Shown here: positions 1-9,615 of the stretch, one piece after another | How positions within the stretch are numbered: the stretch's first letter is position 1 | Layout of the letters: the number at the start of each line of letters is the position of its first letter | From: Escherichia phage A4 | Strand: one strand, 5' to 3' | Sequence record: ON286972 | Length of the DNA stretch: 64,000 nt | Made by a program: the position numbers and the translations under genes | Notes under the pieces: generated by a model | Seen by the model: only the letters and a program-made list of their open reading frames with translations | Database searches by the model: none | What the model was told of the DNA's origin: nothing

Positions 1-226
1 CTACTATAGTTACATATGGAATCATTGTTCTTTTATCAGTGATTATGGCAAATGATTTTAAGAGTGGTTTTCTTGAAGAAAATGGTGAGTTTTCTTCTAA
101 AACTGAAAAGTACTTTTATTATTTCTTTAAAATTTCGTATACAATTTTACTCATAATTTTGGGTTTACTATTGTATTTCATGTACACAATCTTAGATGTA
201 ATGCATCTTTTATAACGGAGATAACA

Positions 227-829
227 ATGACTTGTATTATTGCTTACACTGATGGTAACACATCTTTTATCGCGGGTGACAAACTGGGTAGTAATGGTTT
301 CACTAAAGCAATTCAAACTGAACCAAAAGTGTTTGAAAAAGAATTCATCAAAATCGATGAAAGTGGATTGAATCGCACCAAAGAAGTTATGGCAATGGGA
401 TACACGTCGAGCTTCCGCATGGGACAATTGCTGACGTATAAACTTGATTTACCTGAACAGCAATCAAACCAAACATTCTCACAGTACTTAGTACTTGAGG
501 TAATCCCACGTATTCGCACACTATTCAAAGAAGAATGGGGTGCTCGTGATACAACTCAAGATGTGGGTGGTGGTCAATTTATCATTCTTCATAATCATAC
601 AATTTATGAAGTGCAAGAGGACTTTTCAGTACTCCAGCCTAAGACTCAAATTACGTCAGTAGGTAGTGGGACATATCATGCAATTGCAGCTATGCAAGCA
701 TATATTGAAGTTCAAAAAGAAACAGGTGTTAAGATGGTTGATCGCACCGATTCTATCTTCAAAATTGTAAGTGATAATGTTACCAGCGTTAGTGCTGAGT
801 ATGATTTACTAAGCTATCCTAAGCTGTAA
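227..829 (+). CDS. HslV/proteasome-beta-like Ntn-hydrolase peptidase
   Basis: N-terminus MTCIIAYTDGNTSFIAGD resembles HslV MTTIVSV..VIAGD (Thr2 nucleophile present); later ITSVGSGTYHAIAAMQAY resembles HslV GSGGPYAQAAARAL. Confidence 0.5.
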   Translation: MTCIIAYTDGNTSFIAGDKLGSNGFTKAIQTEPKVFEKEFIKIDESGLNRTKEVMAMGYTSSFRMGQLLTYKLDLPEQQSNQTFSQYLVLEVIPRIRTLFKEEWGARDTTQDVGGGQFIILHNHTIYEVQEDFSVLQPKTQITSVGSGTYHAIAAMQAYIEVQKETGVKMVDRTDSIFKIVSDNVTSVSAEYDLLSYPKL

Positions 830-889
830 TACAAAAAAGGGGATTCTTATAATCCCCTATATTAATTTAATAAGGAGAGTATTATAACT

Positions 890-1102
890 ATGATAACTAT
901 CAATTACTTTTCACTATGCTTTGTTTATTTTGTTGTTGTATTTCTAGCAGTTGTAGCGTACAATAATATTAAATGTATATATAAAATTATCAAAAACAAA
1001 GAGAAATTCAATGGATGGATGATATATCACATTGTCATCTCGGTTGTGTGTATCTTATTTGTATACGATTTGAGTTCATTAGGTACAGTAGGTAAGCTAT
1101 GA
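890..1102 (+). CDS. small hydrophobic membrane protein
   Basis: 70-aa ORF, two hydrophobic segments; stop overlaps next start. Confidence 0.35.
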   Translation: MITINYFSLCFVYFVVVFLAVVAYNNIKCIYKIIKNKEKFNGWMIYHIVISVVCILFVYDLSSLGTVGKL

Positions 1103-1851
1103 TTTCTGACTCTTTTATAAAAAATAAAGGTAATAAACGTGTATTGGTTATTTCCGGTGCAGGTCTATCCGTTGAAAGTGGGATGGAACCGTTTCGCATG
1201 GACGATGGCCTATGGGATCAATTTCAAATAAATGATGTATGTAACATTGCACGTCTTAGTACTAAGTATCATTTAGTACACACTTTCTATAATACATTAC
1301 GTGTTAAAATGAAAGATTGTGTTCCTAATGATATGCATTATTATATCAAATCTCTAGAAGATACATACGGTGATAACTTTTTACATATGACTTCGAATAT
1401 GGATGATCTCTATACTCGTATTGGTGGTAATGAATTAAAGTTACATGGTAATTTAAAAGAAGTTATTGAGAATTTTACAATTGGTGGTGACGATTATAGT
1501 ATTGTGGATTGTGGTTATGAACCGTACATTCCGAAAGAAGGTGTCTTTGCGAAACCAAACGTAGTGTTCATTGGTGAATATTATCGTTATGTTGATGGTG
1601 AAAAACTCCCAATATACGATGAGCGTAATTTAATATTGCAATCCTTAACAGAAGATGATACAGTTGTAGTCATTGGTAGCAGTGACACAGTACTGAAATG
1701 GTCACATCTGGTTGCTTGTTTACCATGCTTTAGTGTTAATATCAACATCAGAAAAAATGATAACGATTTCATGTTCAATGAAAAAATTATAAAACCAGCT
1801 ACAAAAGCGATTCCAGTACTGGAAACTATCATTAAGGATAGAATGAAATGA
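1099..1851 (+). CDS. Sir2-family (sirtuin-like) NAD-dependent protein
   Basis: VLVISGAGLSVESGMEPFR..DGLW matches sirtuin NAD-binding motif GAGxSxxSGIPxFR..GLW; KLHGN candidate catalytic His; ATGA overlap with downstream Nudix. Confidence 0.6.
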   Translation: MISDSFIKNKGNKRVLVISGAGLSVESGMEPFRMDDGLWDQFQINDVCNIARLSTKYHLVHTFYNTLRVKMKDCVPNDMHYYIKSLEDTYGDNFLHMTSNMDDLYTRIGGNELKLHGNLKEVIENFTIGGDDYSIVDCGYEPYIPKEGVFAKPNVVFIGEYYRYVDGEKLPIYDERNLILQSLTEDDTVVVIGSSDTVLKWSHLVACLPCFSVNINIRKNDNDFMFNEKIIKPATKAIPVLETIIKDRMK

Positions 1852-2396
1852 TTCGAGAAGTACCTCTAGGTGAGTATGGTAAACGAGCAAACTTTGTATT
1901 CTGTTACTTCTTTGCTCGAAATTGTAACCCATATAAAGGTTATGAATTAAATGATATCCCTGTTGTGAATCTGGTATTACTCCAGCTTCGTTGGGATGGT
2001 TTACTGGGTGGTTGTGGTGGAACAGTCGAAGATACCGATGCCACCTTAGAAGATGCACTATTCCGTGAAATTCAGGAAGAGATGGATTATAATATTTTCA
2101 TCGAACAACTGAAACCATTGAAAACTTACGAACTATATCCTGGAGCACATACCCATAGCTATAGTTATGAAGTTACTTACGAAGAATTGAATGCGATTCG
2201 CGACGGATACAGTACTGCTAAACATGCAAGTGCAGAAGTGGCTGGTGTTAATTTATGTCACATTTCTCGTTATTCAAAGGGACAAAACCGAGAAGCAGGA
2301 TATAATAATCTTATGACACAAAACTTCATAGGAACTGCTAAAATGGAATTAGAACATCTTGTTCAATCCGAGAATTTACTGATTAGTTACTTATAA
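1848..2396 (+). CDS. Nudix-like hydrolase (degenerate Nudix box)
   Basis: GGTVEDTDATLEDALFREIQEE contains REIQEE signature of the Nudix box; start overlaps Sir2 stop. Confidence 0.45.
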   Translation: MIREVPLGEYGKRANFVFCYFFARNCNPYKGYELNDIPVVNLVLLQLRWDGLLGGCGGTVEDTDATLEDALFREIQEEMDYNIFIEQLKPLKTYELYPGAHTHSYSYEVTYEELNAIRDGYSTAKHASAEVAGVNLCHISRYSKGQNREAGYNNLMTQNFIGTAKMELEHLVQSENLLISYL

Positions 2397-2407
2397 GGTG
2401 AATTATA

Positions 2408-2740
2408 ATGTCTTACTCAATGTTTCTGGATGATATTCGTGATCCTGAAAAGTATTATCCAAATCAAAACATGGTTTTATGTCGTGATTATGAAAGTGCA
2501 TGTGCTTATGTAAATGAACATGGTTTACCACAATTTATTAGCTTCGATCATGACTTAGGTGATGTTGGGGAGGATGAAAAAACAGGGTATTCATTTGCAA
2601 AATTTCTAATTGATTATATGGTCGAAAACAATATCAGTACTGAATTCGATTATATCATCCATAGCAGTAATCCTGTAGGGAAGGTCAACATTGACACATA
2701 CTTACAGAATGGTTTTAGATTTTTGAGAGGGGACAATTGA
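2408..2740 (+). CDS. hypothetical protein
   Basis: 110-aa ORF with upstream AGGTGA; acidic motifs FLDDIRDP / SFDHDLGD; fold not assigned. Confidence 0.4.
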   Translation: MSYSMFLDDIRDPEKYYPNQNMVLCRDYESACAYVNEHGLPQFISFDHDLGDVGEDEKTGYSFAKFLIDYMVENNISTEFDYIIHSSNPVGKVNIDTYLQNGFRFLRGDN

Positions 2741-3036
2741 CAAAACATCATATACAAAGCTTTATAATCACAAGTGTTATATTTCTTGTTGTGTTTTGGT
2801 TCTTCTATCATCAAGATCAAACCAAGCACAGAAATATATACTACCGTACTGCTGTTGTTACTGACATAGGGCAGTGTGAAGAAAATACATGTTCATTTAC
2901 TTATAAGACTGAAGATGGGTCTATTAAGTATGGAGCATCAAGTAAACCAGTTTCAGTTGGGCAAATTGTTTACAATGAATGCTGGACAGAAAAGGCTCGC
3001 GGTCACCGCTGCTACGTTGACTATGAGCCACAATAA
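2737..3036 (+). CDS. hypothetical membrane-anchored protein
   Basis: N-terminal hydrophobic segment; TTG start in track, start uncertain. Confidence 0.3.
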   Translation: MTKHHIQSFIITSVIFLVVFWFFYHQDQTKHRNIYYRTAVVTDIGQCEENTCSFTYKTEDGSIKYGASSKPVSVGQIVYNECWTEKARGHRCYVDYEPQ

Positions 3037-3100
3037 GAAGTGTCTGAGTCTATAATCTACCGTAGAGCACAAGGATGTGCTCATAACTCAAGGATGTTTT

Positions 3101-4540
3101 ATGAAAAAATACACAATTGACACAAACGTACTACTATCCGATCCAAATGCAACTGTAGCATTTGATGGGGCAGCAGTGATTCTACCATTCACTGTTCTTG
3201 AAGAACTTGATTCAATCAAGAGCCGTAATGTTGACGTATCACGTGATGCACGTTTCGCAATCCGTAACATCGATGCAATTCTGAAAGATGCTACTCATGA
3301 AGAAATCAGCAGTACTGGTGTTAATATTGCCAATATCCACAAAAATATGGATGCATCCAGTAAGCTATTCGTTATGACGAATGAAGAAGCTGAAGCACTT
3401 ATTCGTATGGGCGGCAGTGAAGATAAAGTAGAAACTCTACTTAAAAGTACTGTACCAGATGACAAAATCATTCTAGTGGCTTTGGCATCACAATCAGTAC
3501 TGGTAACTCGCGACATTAACATGCGTATCAAAGCAATGAGCTACGGTGTTGAGGTACAAGATTACCGTCATGACGTTGCAATCGAAGATAGTGAGTTGAT
3601 TCATATTGGTCAGCACCACCTTGATATTGATTTCTGGAAAACATTCAGTGAAGTTAATAATGCTGAAATTAAATCCCAACAAGAAGGTCGCCGTCTATAT
3701 CACTATATTCCAACCGCATTGATTCAAGATGTTCTACCAGATAATCTATGTATTGGTGATTATCTATATGATAATGCTGATGTACTATTCGTATACGAAG
3801 GTCAATCTGCTATCGAAGAAGAAGACGGTTCACTAACACCTGAAGATATTTTGGTATTCCAGGATATTGGTCAAAGTATCGCTCTTCGTGCTAAAGTTTG
3901 GGATATTAAAGCAAAGAATATTCAACAGGCACTAGCAATTAACAGTATTCTTGACCCTGATGTACATTTGACAGTACTACTCGGTTCAGCAGGTACTGGT
4001 AAAACATTGATTACTGTTGCTACTTCACTCGAATTAGTGCTGGAAAAACGTAAATACGATCGTATAATCTTCTCCAAAACACAAGATTCTCAATTTGAAG
4101 AAATTGGTTTCTTGCCTGGTTCTGAAGCTGAGAAGGTCATCCCATTCTGTGGGGCTGCAATTGATGCACTAGAGTATCTACACAAAGACGATGCTAACCC
4201 ACAAGGTAGTATTGAAGAGATTCTCAAACGTAACGTAATGCAGTTTAAAGCATTGAACTTTATTCGTGGTCGTTCTTTTACTAATACAATTCTAATTGTT
4301 GATGAATTCCAGAACATCACCCCTGCACAGGCAAAAACTATTCTTACCCGTGCAGGTCAAAACTGTAAGGTTATCATTATGGGTAACTTAGCACAGATTG
4401 ATAGTAAGTTTATTAGTCCAGTTAATAGTGGTTTGACATATGTAACTGAAAAATTCAAAGATTGGGAAGGGTGTCGTATCATTGAATTGGAAGGTGTTGT
4501 ACGTTCTGCACTTGCAGAGTTTGCAGAAGAAAATATGTAA
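3101..4540 (+). CDS. phoH: PhoH-like ATPase with N-terminal PIN-like domain
   Basis: Walker A GSAGTGKT, Walker B IVDEFQN; N-terminal ~130 aa PIN-like; start moved to ATG 3101 (MKKYTIDTN) with AAGGA upstream. Confidence 0.7.
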   Translation: MKKYTIDTNVLLSDPNATVAFDGAAVILPFTVLEELDSIKSRNVDVSRDARFAIRNIDAILKDATHEEISSTGVNIANIHKNMDASSKLFVMTNEEAEALIRMGGSEDKVETLLKSTVPDDKIILVALASQSVLVTRDINMRIKAMSYGVEVQDYRHDVAIEDSELIHIGQHHLDIDFWKTFSEVNNAEIKSQQEGRRLYHYIPTALIQDVLPDNLCIGDYLYDNADVLFVYEGQSAIEEEDGSLTPEDILVFQDIGQSIALRAKVWDIKAKNIQQALAINSILDPDVHLTVLLGSAGTGKTLITVATSLELVLEKRKYDRIIFSKTQDSQFEEIGFLPGSEAEKVIPFCGAAIDALEYLHKDDANPQGSIEEILKRNVMQFKALNFIRGRSFTNTILIVDEFQNITPAQAKTILTRAGQNCKVIIMGNLAQIDSKFISPVNSGLTYVTEKFKDWEGCRIIELEGVVRSALAEFAEENM

Positions 4541-4547
4541 TCTATTA

Positions 4548-4576
4548 TTGACATTAAATGTGTTCATTGCTATAAT
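4548..4576 (+). promoter_or_regulatory. sigma70-type promoter (TTGACA-17-TATAAT)
   Basis: TTGACA 4548-4553, 17-bp spacer, TATAAT 4571-4576, ~30 bp upstream of ORF 4609. Confidence 0.55.
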
Positions 4577-4608
4577 GAACACACCATTATCGAAGAAGGA
4601 AGTAAATC

Positions 4609-4797
4609 ATGGCTAAACAACCTAAGAAAAAAGAACCAGAAGTTAAAGTTAAAAAAGTGAAAGTTATTCAATCCAAAGAACAACGCACTTATGAGCTACG
4701 TAAAGCTGAAACTTTAAGTGGGCTTCAGTCTCTACGTAAGCAAGGTGTACTAACACGTGCACAATATCGTGAACTGGTTGCACAAAAAGGTTTTTGA
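4609..4797 (+). CDS. small basic protein
   Basis: 62-aa Lys/Arg-rich ORF, GAAGGAAG ribosome-binding site, consensus promoter upstream. Confidence 0.5.
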   Translation: MAKQPKKKEPEVKVKKVKVIQSKEQRTYELRKAETLSGLQSLRKQGVLTRAQYRELVAQKGF

Positions 4798-4900
4798 TTT
4801 AACGCGTTTTTTTGGAGTTCTTAATAAATACTTTCATAAGAATAATAATACTTTTTATGAATTTAAAAAGAACTCCATGTGTTATTTCAGTAAGTTTTTC

Positions 4901-4927
4901 ATCCCTGTCAATTGGCAGGGATTTTTT
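4901..4927 (+). terminator. rho-independent terminator
   Basis: hairpin ATCCCTG-loop-CAGGGAT followed by TTTTT. Confidence 0.5.
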
Positions 4928-4941
4928 ATTGGTGGTAAACT

Positions 4942-5688
4942 ATGGATCTTGAAAAACAAACCGAAGCAATCATCACCGAACTAATCAAAATTGGTTATAA
5001 ATGCCCATTTATCTATGGTTCGTGGAATACTTTTTGTTTGTATAAGTATGATGACAAATTACCAAATGATATTGATGTTATTAATATAGTACCAGAAGAG
5101 TTTGAAGAAGGTGAGTTCTCTGTAAAATTAGATTGTATTGATATACCTGTCAATATTGAATGTATGACTCTCAATCATCTTCGTGTCGAATTAATGCGTG
5201 GTGATGTTAAATACTATACCATCGGTTTTGGTACTATTGTACCGAAATGTGCAAATCATCTTTTGATGTACCTTGGTCATATCGGTTCGGTTATGATGAC
5301 ACGCCGTAACAGTGAGATTCGTAAAATTTGCAGTACTGCATCAGATAAAGCCTTTAATAAAGGAAAAAAGAAGTTGACAGTACTGGAAGATTACGATAAG
5401 ATGTTAGGACTAAAGAACATCTGGCATAGCATTCACTTCATCTATATCATTACGCATTATTACAATCTGTACAGATCTAACACTGAACATGAAATGAATA
5501 TTGCGTCGATGAAACAAGAGTTTGATGTGCTTGAAATGCTGAACATTCGCGACAACATCTATAAGATATATGATGAAACATATGGTGATTATCATGTAAA
5601 AGCACAAGCTGTTATTGATTACGCGAAACCGATTCGTAACAAACTGATGACTGAATTTAGAAAATTATACCCCAAGGAGGATGTATGA
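4942..5688 (+). CDS. hypothetical protein (possible minimal nucleotidyltransferase fold)
   Basis: 248-aa ORF; YGSW..(17)..DIDV resembles GS..DxD nucleotidyltransferase signature, weak. Confidence 0.4.
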   Translation: MDLEKQTEAIITELIKIGYKCPFIYGSWNTFCLYKYDDKLPNDIDVINIVPEEFEEGEFSVKLDCIDIPVNIECMTLNHLRVELMRGDVKYYTIGFGTIVPKCANHLLMYLGHIGSVMMTRRNSEIRKICSTASDKAFNKGKKKLTVLEDYDKMLGLKNIWHSIHFIYIITHYYNLYRSNTEHEMNIASMKQEFDVLEMLNIRDNIYKIYDETYGDYHVKAQAVIDYAKPIRNKLMTEFRKLYPKEDV

Positions 5689-5751
5689 AAGATACTTTCA
5701 GAGGTCGCATGACTTTCCATTAAGGAACTTTAACTTAATGGAGAAAATAAT

Positions 5752-6309
5752 ATGTTCTTTGACCAAACATTTACGTTGTACCATGATTCTGGAAAAGTAG
5801 AGATTGTTGATAATCTTCTACAATATATTGCTGACCACGAAGGGGTTGAACGATTTCACAGCAAAATGAAATTTGATTTATCCGAGTTCAACAAGAAGAA
5901 TCGTGAATCATTCTGGAAAAATCGTTTCTATTATGAAATGTATCCTGAAAAGTTTGTCAGTTATTATCTCTGTACTGAAAAAGGTTTACTTGTATCGCCT
6001 GATTTACTTATGGGTGAATACATGGTTCTCTATAATGAGTACTGGGAACATAAACGTAAGGCCCGTGACACCGAATGGCGACACAAACGCTCTTACATGT
6101 ACAAGCATAACCATTTTCGCTACAAACGTCCTAAGACCCAACAAGAGCGTCGTATGGCGTGTGCAGTACTGAAGGATGATGGTGAACCTGATATTCGTGG
6201 AAAACGCAAGATGCGTTCACTACCGACATATTGGGACGATTTTAGAACAAGACACAGTACTGGCTGGAAATACAGTACTAAACGTAAACATCAATACAAA
6301 GGGAGCTAA
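5752..6309 (+). CDS. hypothetical protein, basic Arg/Lys/Tyr-rich C-terminus
   Basis: 185-aa ORF, AATGGAG ribosome-binding site. Confidence 0.45.
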   Translation: MFFDQTFTLYHDSGKVEIVDNLLQYIADHEGVERFHSKMKFDLSEFNKKNRESFWKNRFYYEMYPEKFVSYYLCTEKGLLVSPDLLMGEYMVLYNEYWEHKRKARDTEWRHKRSYMYKHNHFRYKRPKTQQERRMACAVLKDDGEPDIRGKRKMRSLPTYWDDFRTRHSTGWKYSTKRKHQYKGS

Positions 6310-6336
6310 TGCTCCCTATTTTTATATAGGTATATT

Positions 6337-6666
6337 ATGAACAAAATTGACGTTGAAGTTGTTATTGGCTATATTGAAATTGAACAGTGTGGTATTGATA
6401 CATTTATTGACACTCTTAATAAGTACCGTGCAGAGTACAAGGGGCACATTAGTCTTTCACCAGACGGTGGTTACGGCGGGTTCGATGGATACAATGTAAT
6501 TTGGACACGAGAAGAAACGGATGAAGAATACAATATCCGTTTGCAGTTAGAATCACAACGTCGCGAAGAAATTGAACGTCAAGAAATGAAACATTTAATG
6601 AACAAGAAATCATTAAGTGCTGAAGAGAAATCTAAACTTCTAAAATATATCAAGGATTACATGTAA
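6337..6666 (+). CDS. hypothetical protein
   Basis: 109-aa ORF; ATGTAATG junction with next gene. Confidence 0.45.
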   Translation: MNKIDVEVVIGYIEIEQCGIDTFIDTLNKYRAEYKGHISLSPDGGYGGFDGYNVIWTREETDEEYNIRLQLESQRREEIERQEMKHLMNKKSLSAEEKSKLLKYIKDYM

Positions 6667-7316
6667 TGAAAAATGTAACTCAAGAAAAGATTCTGTATCA
6701 CGCTAAACATAACGGTTCTTTCAATATTATTAGTCGAGAATACGTTGGTCATATGGCTAAGTTGATTGATAATTTATTGGAATTTGATTTCCTGAAATGG
6801 GAAACTAATAATCTTTGGTATGAATACGCTGGACAGCAATGGGAAAGTGATTATGATAATGCAACACATTCATATACTATCACCAAAGCAGGTGAAGTTC
6901 GTTTAGCCATTATGCGTTGTGCATATGCTTACAAAAATCACAAAGGTGAAGAAAAACATACTCGCAGAAATGAAGAGCTATTGCTTCTCATGGAATCAGC
7001 GAAAGTTACAATGTATGATTTGTTCAACCATCCGCGTTGGTATGAAAATCTAACCAAAGCAGAGTACAAAGCGTTGCGTTACATTGATGAACAGACCAAA
7101 ACGCCAATTTTAGTAGATGATGTAAGTGACGGTGAACTAAGCCTCAAATGTGTATTTGACAATTCCAGTACTGAGAGCATTGCTGACATTTCAGTACAAA
7201 TGGCACTTAAAGCTATGGAACTATTCAAGACGCAATACCAAGGTACAAATGCCGATGAAATTGAACGTGAGTTCATTACACGCGTACAGATTGCATTAGC
7301 TAAGACCAAAACTTAA
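6666..7316 (+). CDS. hypothetical protein
   Basis: 216-aa ORF. Confidence 0.45.
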   Translation: MKNVTQEKILYHAKHNGSFNIISREYVGHMAKLIDNLLEFDFLKWETNNLWYEYAGQQWESDYDNATHSYTITKAGEVRLAIMRCAYAYKNHKGEEKHTRRNEELLLLMESAKVTMYDLFNHPRWYENLTKAEYKALRYIDEQTKTPILVDDVSDGELSLKCVFDNSSTESIADISVQMALKAMELFKTQYQGTNADEIEREFITRVQIALAKTKT

Positions 7317-7334
7317 AAACATTGGAAAATAATC

Positions 7335-7520
7335 ATGAAAAGACTTGCATATGTATTAGTATTAATGTTAATATCATCTTGTTCACTAATGGACTTTAAA
7401 TACAGTACACAATACTATTCAGTGTTTGAAGAAGCACCAGATAACTGTTTACTAGAAAGTAATCAGATGTATGTCATTAATGGTGAAACAAAATTACAAT
7501 ACATTTGCAAAGAGGATTAA
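7335..7520 (+). CDS. putative small lipoprotein
   Basis: signal peptide with lipobox-like LISSC. Confidence 0.4.
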   Translation: MKRLAYVLVLMLISSCSLMDFKYSTQYYSVFEEAPDNCLLESNQMYVINGETKLQYICKED

Positions 7521-7523
7521 TTC

Positions 7524-7757
7524 ATGAAAAAGATTATCATTTCTTGTTTAGTTGCTGGGGCAACCTTACTCGTAGGCTGTGCACCTAAAGTTAACGAGAT
7601 GGATGCAGAAATGATCCGTAAGGACTTAACTAAACTGAATCATAATGGCACACTCTATGCCTGTCATGAGATGCGTCACGGACAGGATCTAAATCTTATG
7701 TGTCGCAAAATTGTTAACCGCAAACGCTTAACAACAGTTCCAAAGGATGCTCAATGA
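7524..7757 (+). CDS. putative small lipoprotein
   Basis: MKKIIISCLVAGATLLVGC: canonical lipobox LVGC. Confidence 0.5.
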   Translation: MKKIIISCLVAGATLLVGCAPKVNEMDAEMIRKDLTKLNHNGTLYACHEMRHGQDLNLMCRKIVNRKRLTTVPKDAQ

Positions 7758-7779
7758 AAGACGTAATGGGATATAAACT

Positions 7780-8139
7780 ATGAGTGATTATGTTGCATTC
7801 CTACATCGTTTTGGTAAAGCTGAAGAAAAGCACATCATTCGTCTACCAGCTTATGGTGAGAAAGACTGGTACAAAAGTACTATCAGCGTAGGTGCATTCC
7901 GTGACCGTGAAGCTGAATTCTTTCTCGGTAAGCAACATGAACGAGCAGTACTTTGCTCCCTTTGGCGTTTAGACGAATGGGATGAAGAGAATGCAAGAAC
8001 TGCGGTATCAATGCTTAAAATTGTTGGCATTGCAAACTATCAGCACCCATATGATCTATTACCTACGTTTACCCATGCTTCATTGTTTGACTTTTATAAA
8101 GCAATCGGGTATGATTATAAAAAGAAACGTTATATCTGA
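7780..8139 (+). CDS. hypothetical protein
   Basis: 119-aa ORF. Confidence 0.45.
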   Translation: MSDYVAFLHRFGKAEEKHIIRLPAYGEKDWYKSTISVGAFRDREAEFFLGKQHERAVLCSLWRLDEWDEENARTAVSMLKIVGIANYQHPYDLLPTFTHASLFDFYKAIGYDYKKKRYI

Positions 8140-8149
8140 GGATCAATCC

Positions 8150-8953
8150 ATGTCGAATCCAATCTGTAAGCATTGTTCAAAAACTAAATTCTACCATGAA
8201 CCACATACATTGAAATGTCCTAAACCTTCTCGTTCTCTTCTCGTCACTTATGAAGATGTTAATGTATATGATGAAGTAGTTTCTGAACCAAACGTTTTAG
8301 TTATTCCAGAAATCAATCAAACCGTAAGTACATTACTAGATTGGAAAGAACAGATTACCAATGTAGATGATTTTGTTATTCCGTTACATGACAAACAATG
8401 GGTTTTTGATACGATTTATAAAAATGCCGATGTTGATTGTGAAGAAGAAGCAGATGACCTAAAATGTGCATTAAACAATTGTGATGGAACTGTCGTTTTA
8501 GGTAAACCGGATACTGCAAATGATGGAACTTATCTAATGTTTGGTATGAAAACCAATATCGGTGAACTTGAAGATGATTATTGCCTTCTTGATAATATTA
8601 CATTAATAGAATGGAGTAAGCTTTCTAATTTAGAATTGATTGAAATTGGCACTTTTGAAAGTCATATGGATATTGATGAAAGTAAGAATAAAGGTATTAA
8701 TGCCTTTATGTCTGAAGTTATTGGGCGTTCATTGTATAGTCCCGATTCCGTTGATATCAAAACGACTGCTGATTGTAAAGCATTCCTAAAGCAAGAATAT
8801 GATGTTGAAAAAGCAAAACGCATTAAAAAAGAAAAATGGGGTCAAATCGAATACCGCTTATTTGAATCAGATGAAGGTAGACATTACACCTTAGTATCGT
8901 ATAACGATAAACTAATTTCTCATTACGCTTTTGCATATAACGAAGACTACTAA
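8150..8953 (+). CDS. hypothetical protein with N-terminal Cys-rich segment
   Basis: start moved to ATG 8150 (MSNPICKHCSK) with GAGGA 7 nt upstream; track ORF from 7982 overlaps previous gene. Confidence 0.5.
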   Translation: MSNPICKHCSKTKFYHEPHTLKCPKPSRSLLVTYEDVNVYDEVVSEPNVLVIPEINQTVSTLLDWKEQITNVDDFVIPLHDKQWVFDTIYKNADVDCEEEADDLKCALNNCDGTVVLGKPDTANDGTYLMFGMKTNIGELEDDYCLLDNITLIEWSKLSNLELIEIGTFESHMDIDESKNKGINAFMSEVIGRSLYSPDSVDIKTTADCKAFLKQEYDVEKAKRIKKEKWGQIEYRLFESDEGRHYTLVSYNDKLISHYAFAYNEDY

Positions 8954-8997
8954 TAGTTCAGTACTGTCCATGTGGCAGTACTTTTTATGGAGACTAT

Positions 8998-9615
8998 ATG
9001 ACTACATCACAAAAGTACTGGTGGATTTTGGGACACCCTGAATTTATCAATAAAGACTACGTTGATGCTCGCATTGATGTTGAGCCACACGATGTATGTC
9101 CCATCACAAATCGAATTGAAGATTATCCGGCCCTGAATACAAAAACACAGTACTGGATCGAAATGCTAACTCCGTTTTTCGATGAAGACGAAGGGAAGTT
9201 CGTTCGTGGACATGAGTACGAGTTGGATTGTGGTGGTGATACATATGAAGAAGCAATTGATAATTTATACACCAAGATCCTAGAAAAGTACGGTGATTAC
9301 ACACAAGAAGAAGCGGAAGCTAAGTATGATGCTGTACATCAGCGTGTAGTGACGAAAAGTGCTTTTCCTTCATCAATGTTCCAACCAGAAGAACTTCGTA
9401 ACACATGGGAGAACTCAAAATTATCTGAAATTGAACGTGATTATATTCCAGGTGATATTGAAAACATTAAAGGTACAATAAAAGCCTTGAAAGAATTCCT
9501 CAAAACTTGTACAATAGAAGAACAAGAAGAGGCAAACAAACATTTACAATCCGAGGAATGTAAACTATGGGTGCTTGAGGAATCACTTAGAAAAGGCATA
9601 GACTACAACATATGA
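8998..9615 (+). CDS. hypothetical acidic protein
   Basis: 205-aa ORF; followed by hairpin using AGTACTG arms at ~8958-8990 upstream. Confidence 0.45.
   Translation: MTTSQKYWWILGHPEFINKDYVDARIDVEPHDVCPITNRIEDYPALNTKTQYWIEMLTPFFDEDEGKFVRGHEYELDCGGDTYEEAIDNLYTKILEKYGDYTQEEAEAKYDAVHQRVVTKSAFPSSMFQPEELRNTWENSKLSEIERDYIPGDIENIKGTIKALKEFLKTCTIEEQEEANKHLQSEECKLWVLEESLRKGIDYNI

Noticed and set aside
5873-6172. 99-aa ORF nested in another frame inside 5752-6309
   Set aside because: Fully embedded alternative-frame ORF without its own translation signals; 5752-6309 has the better start context.
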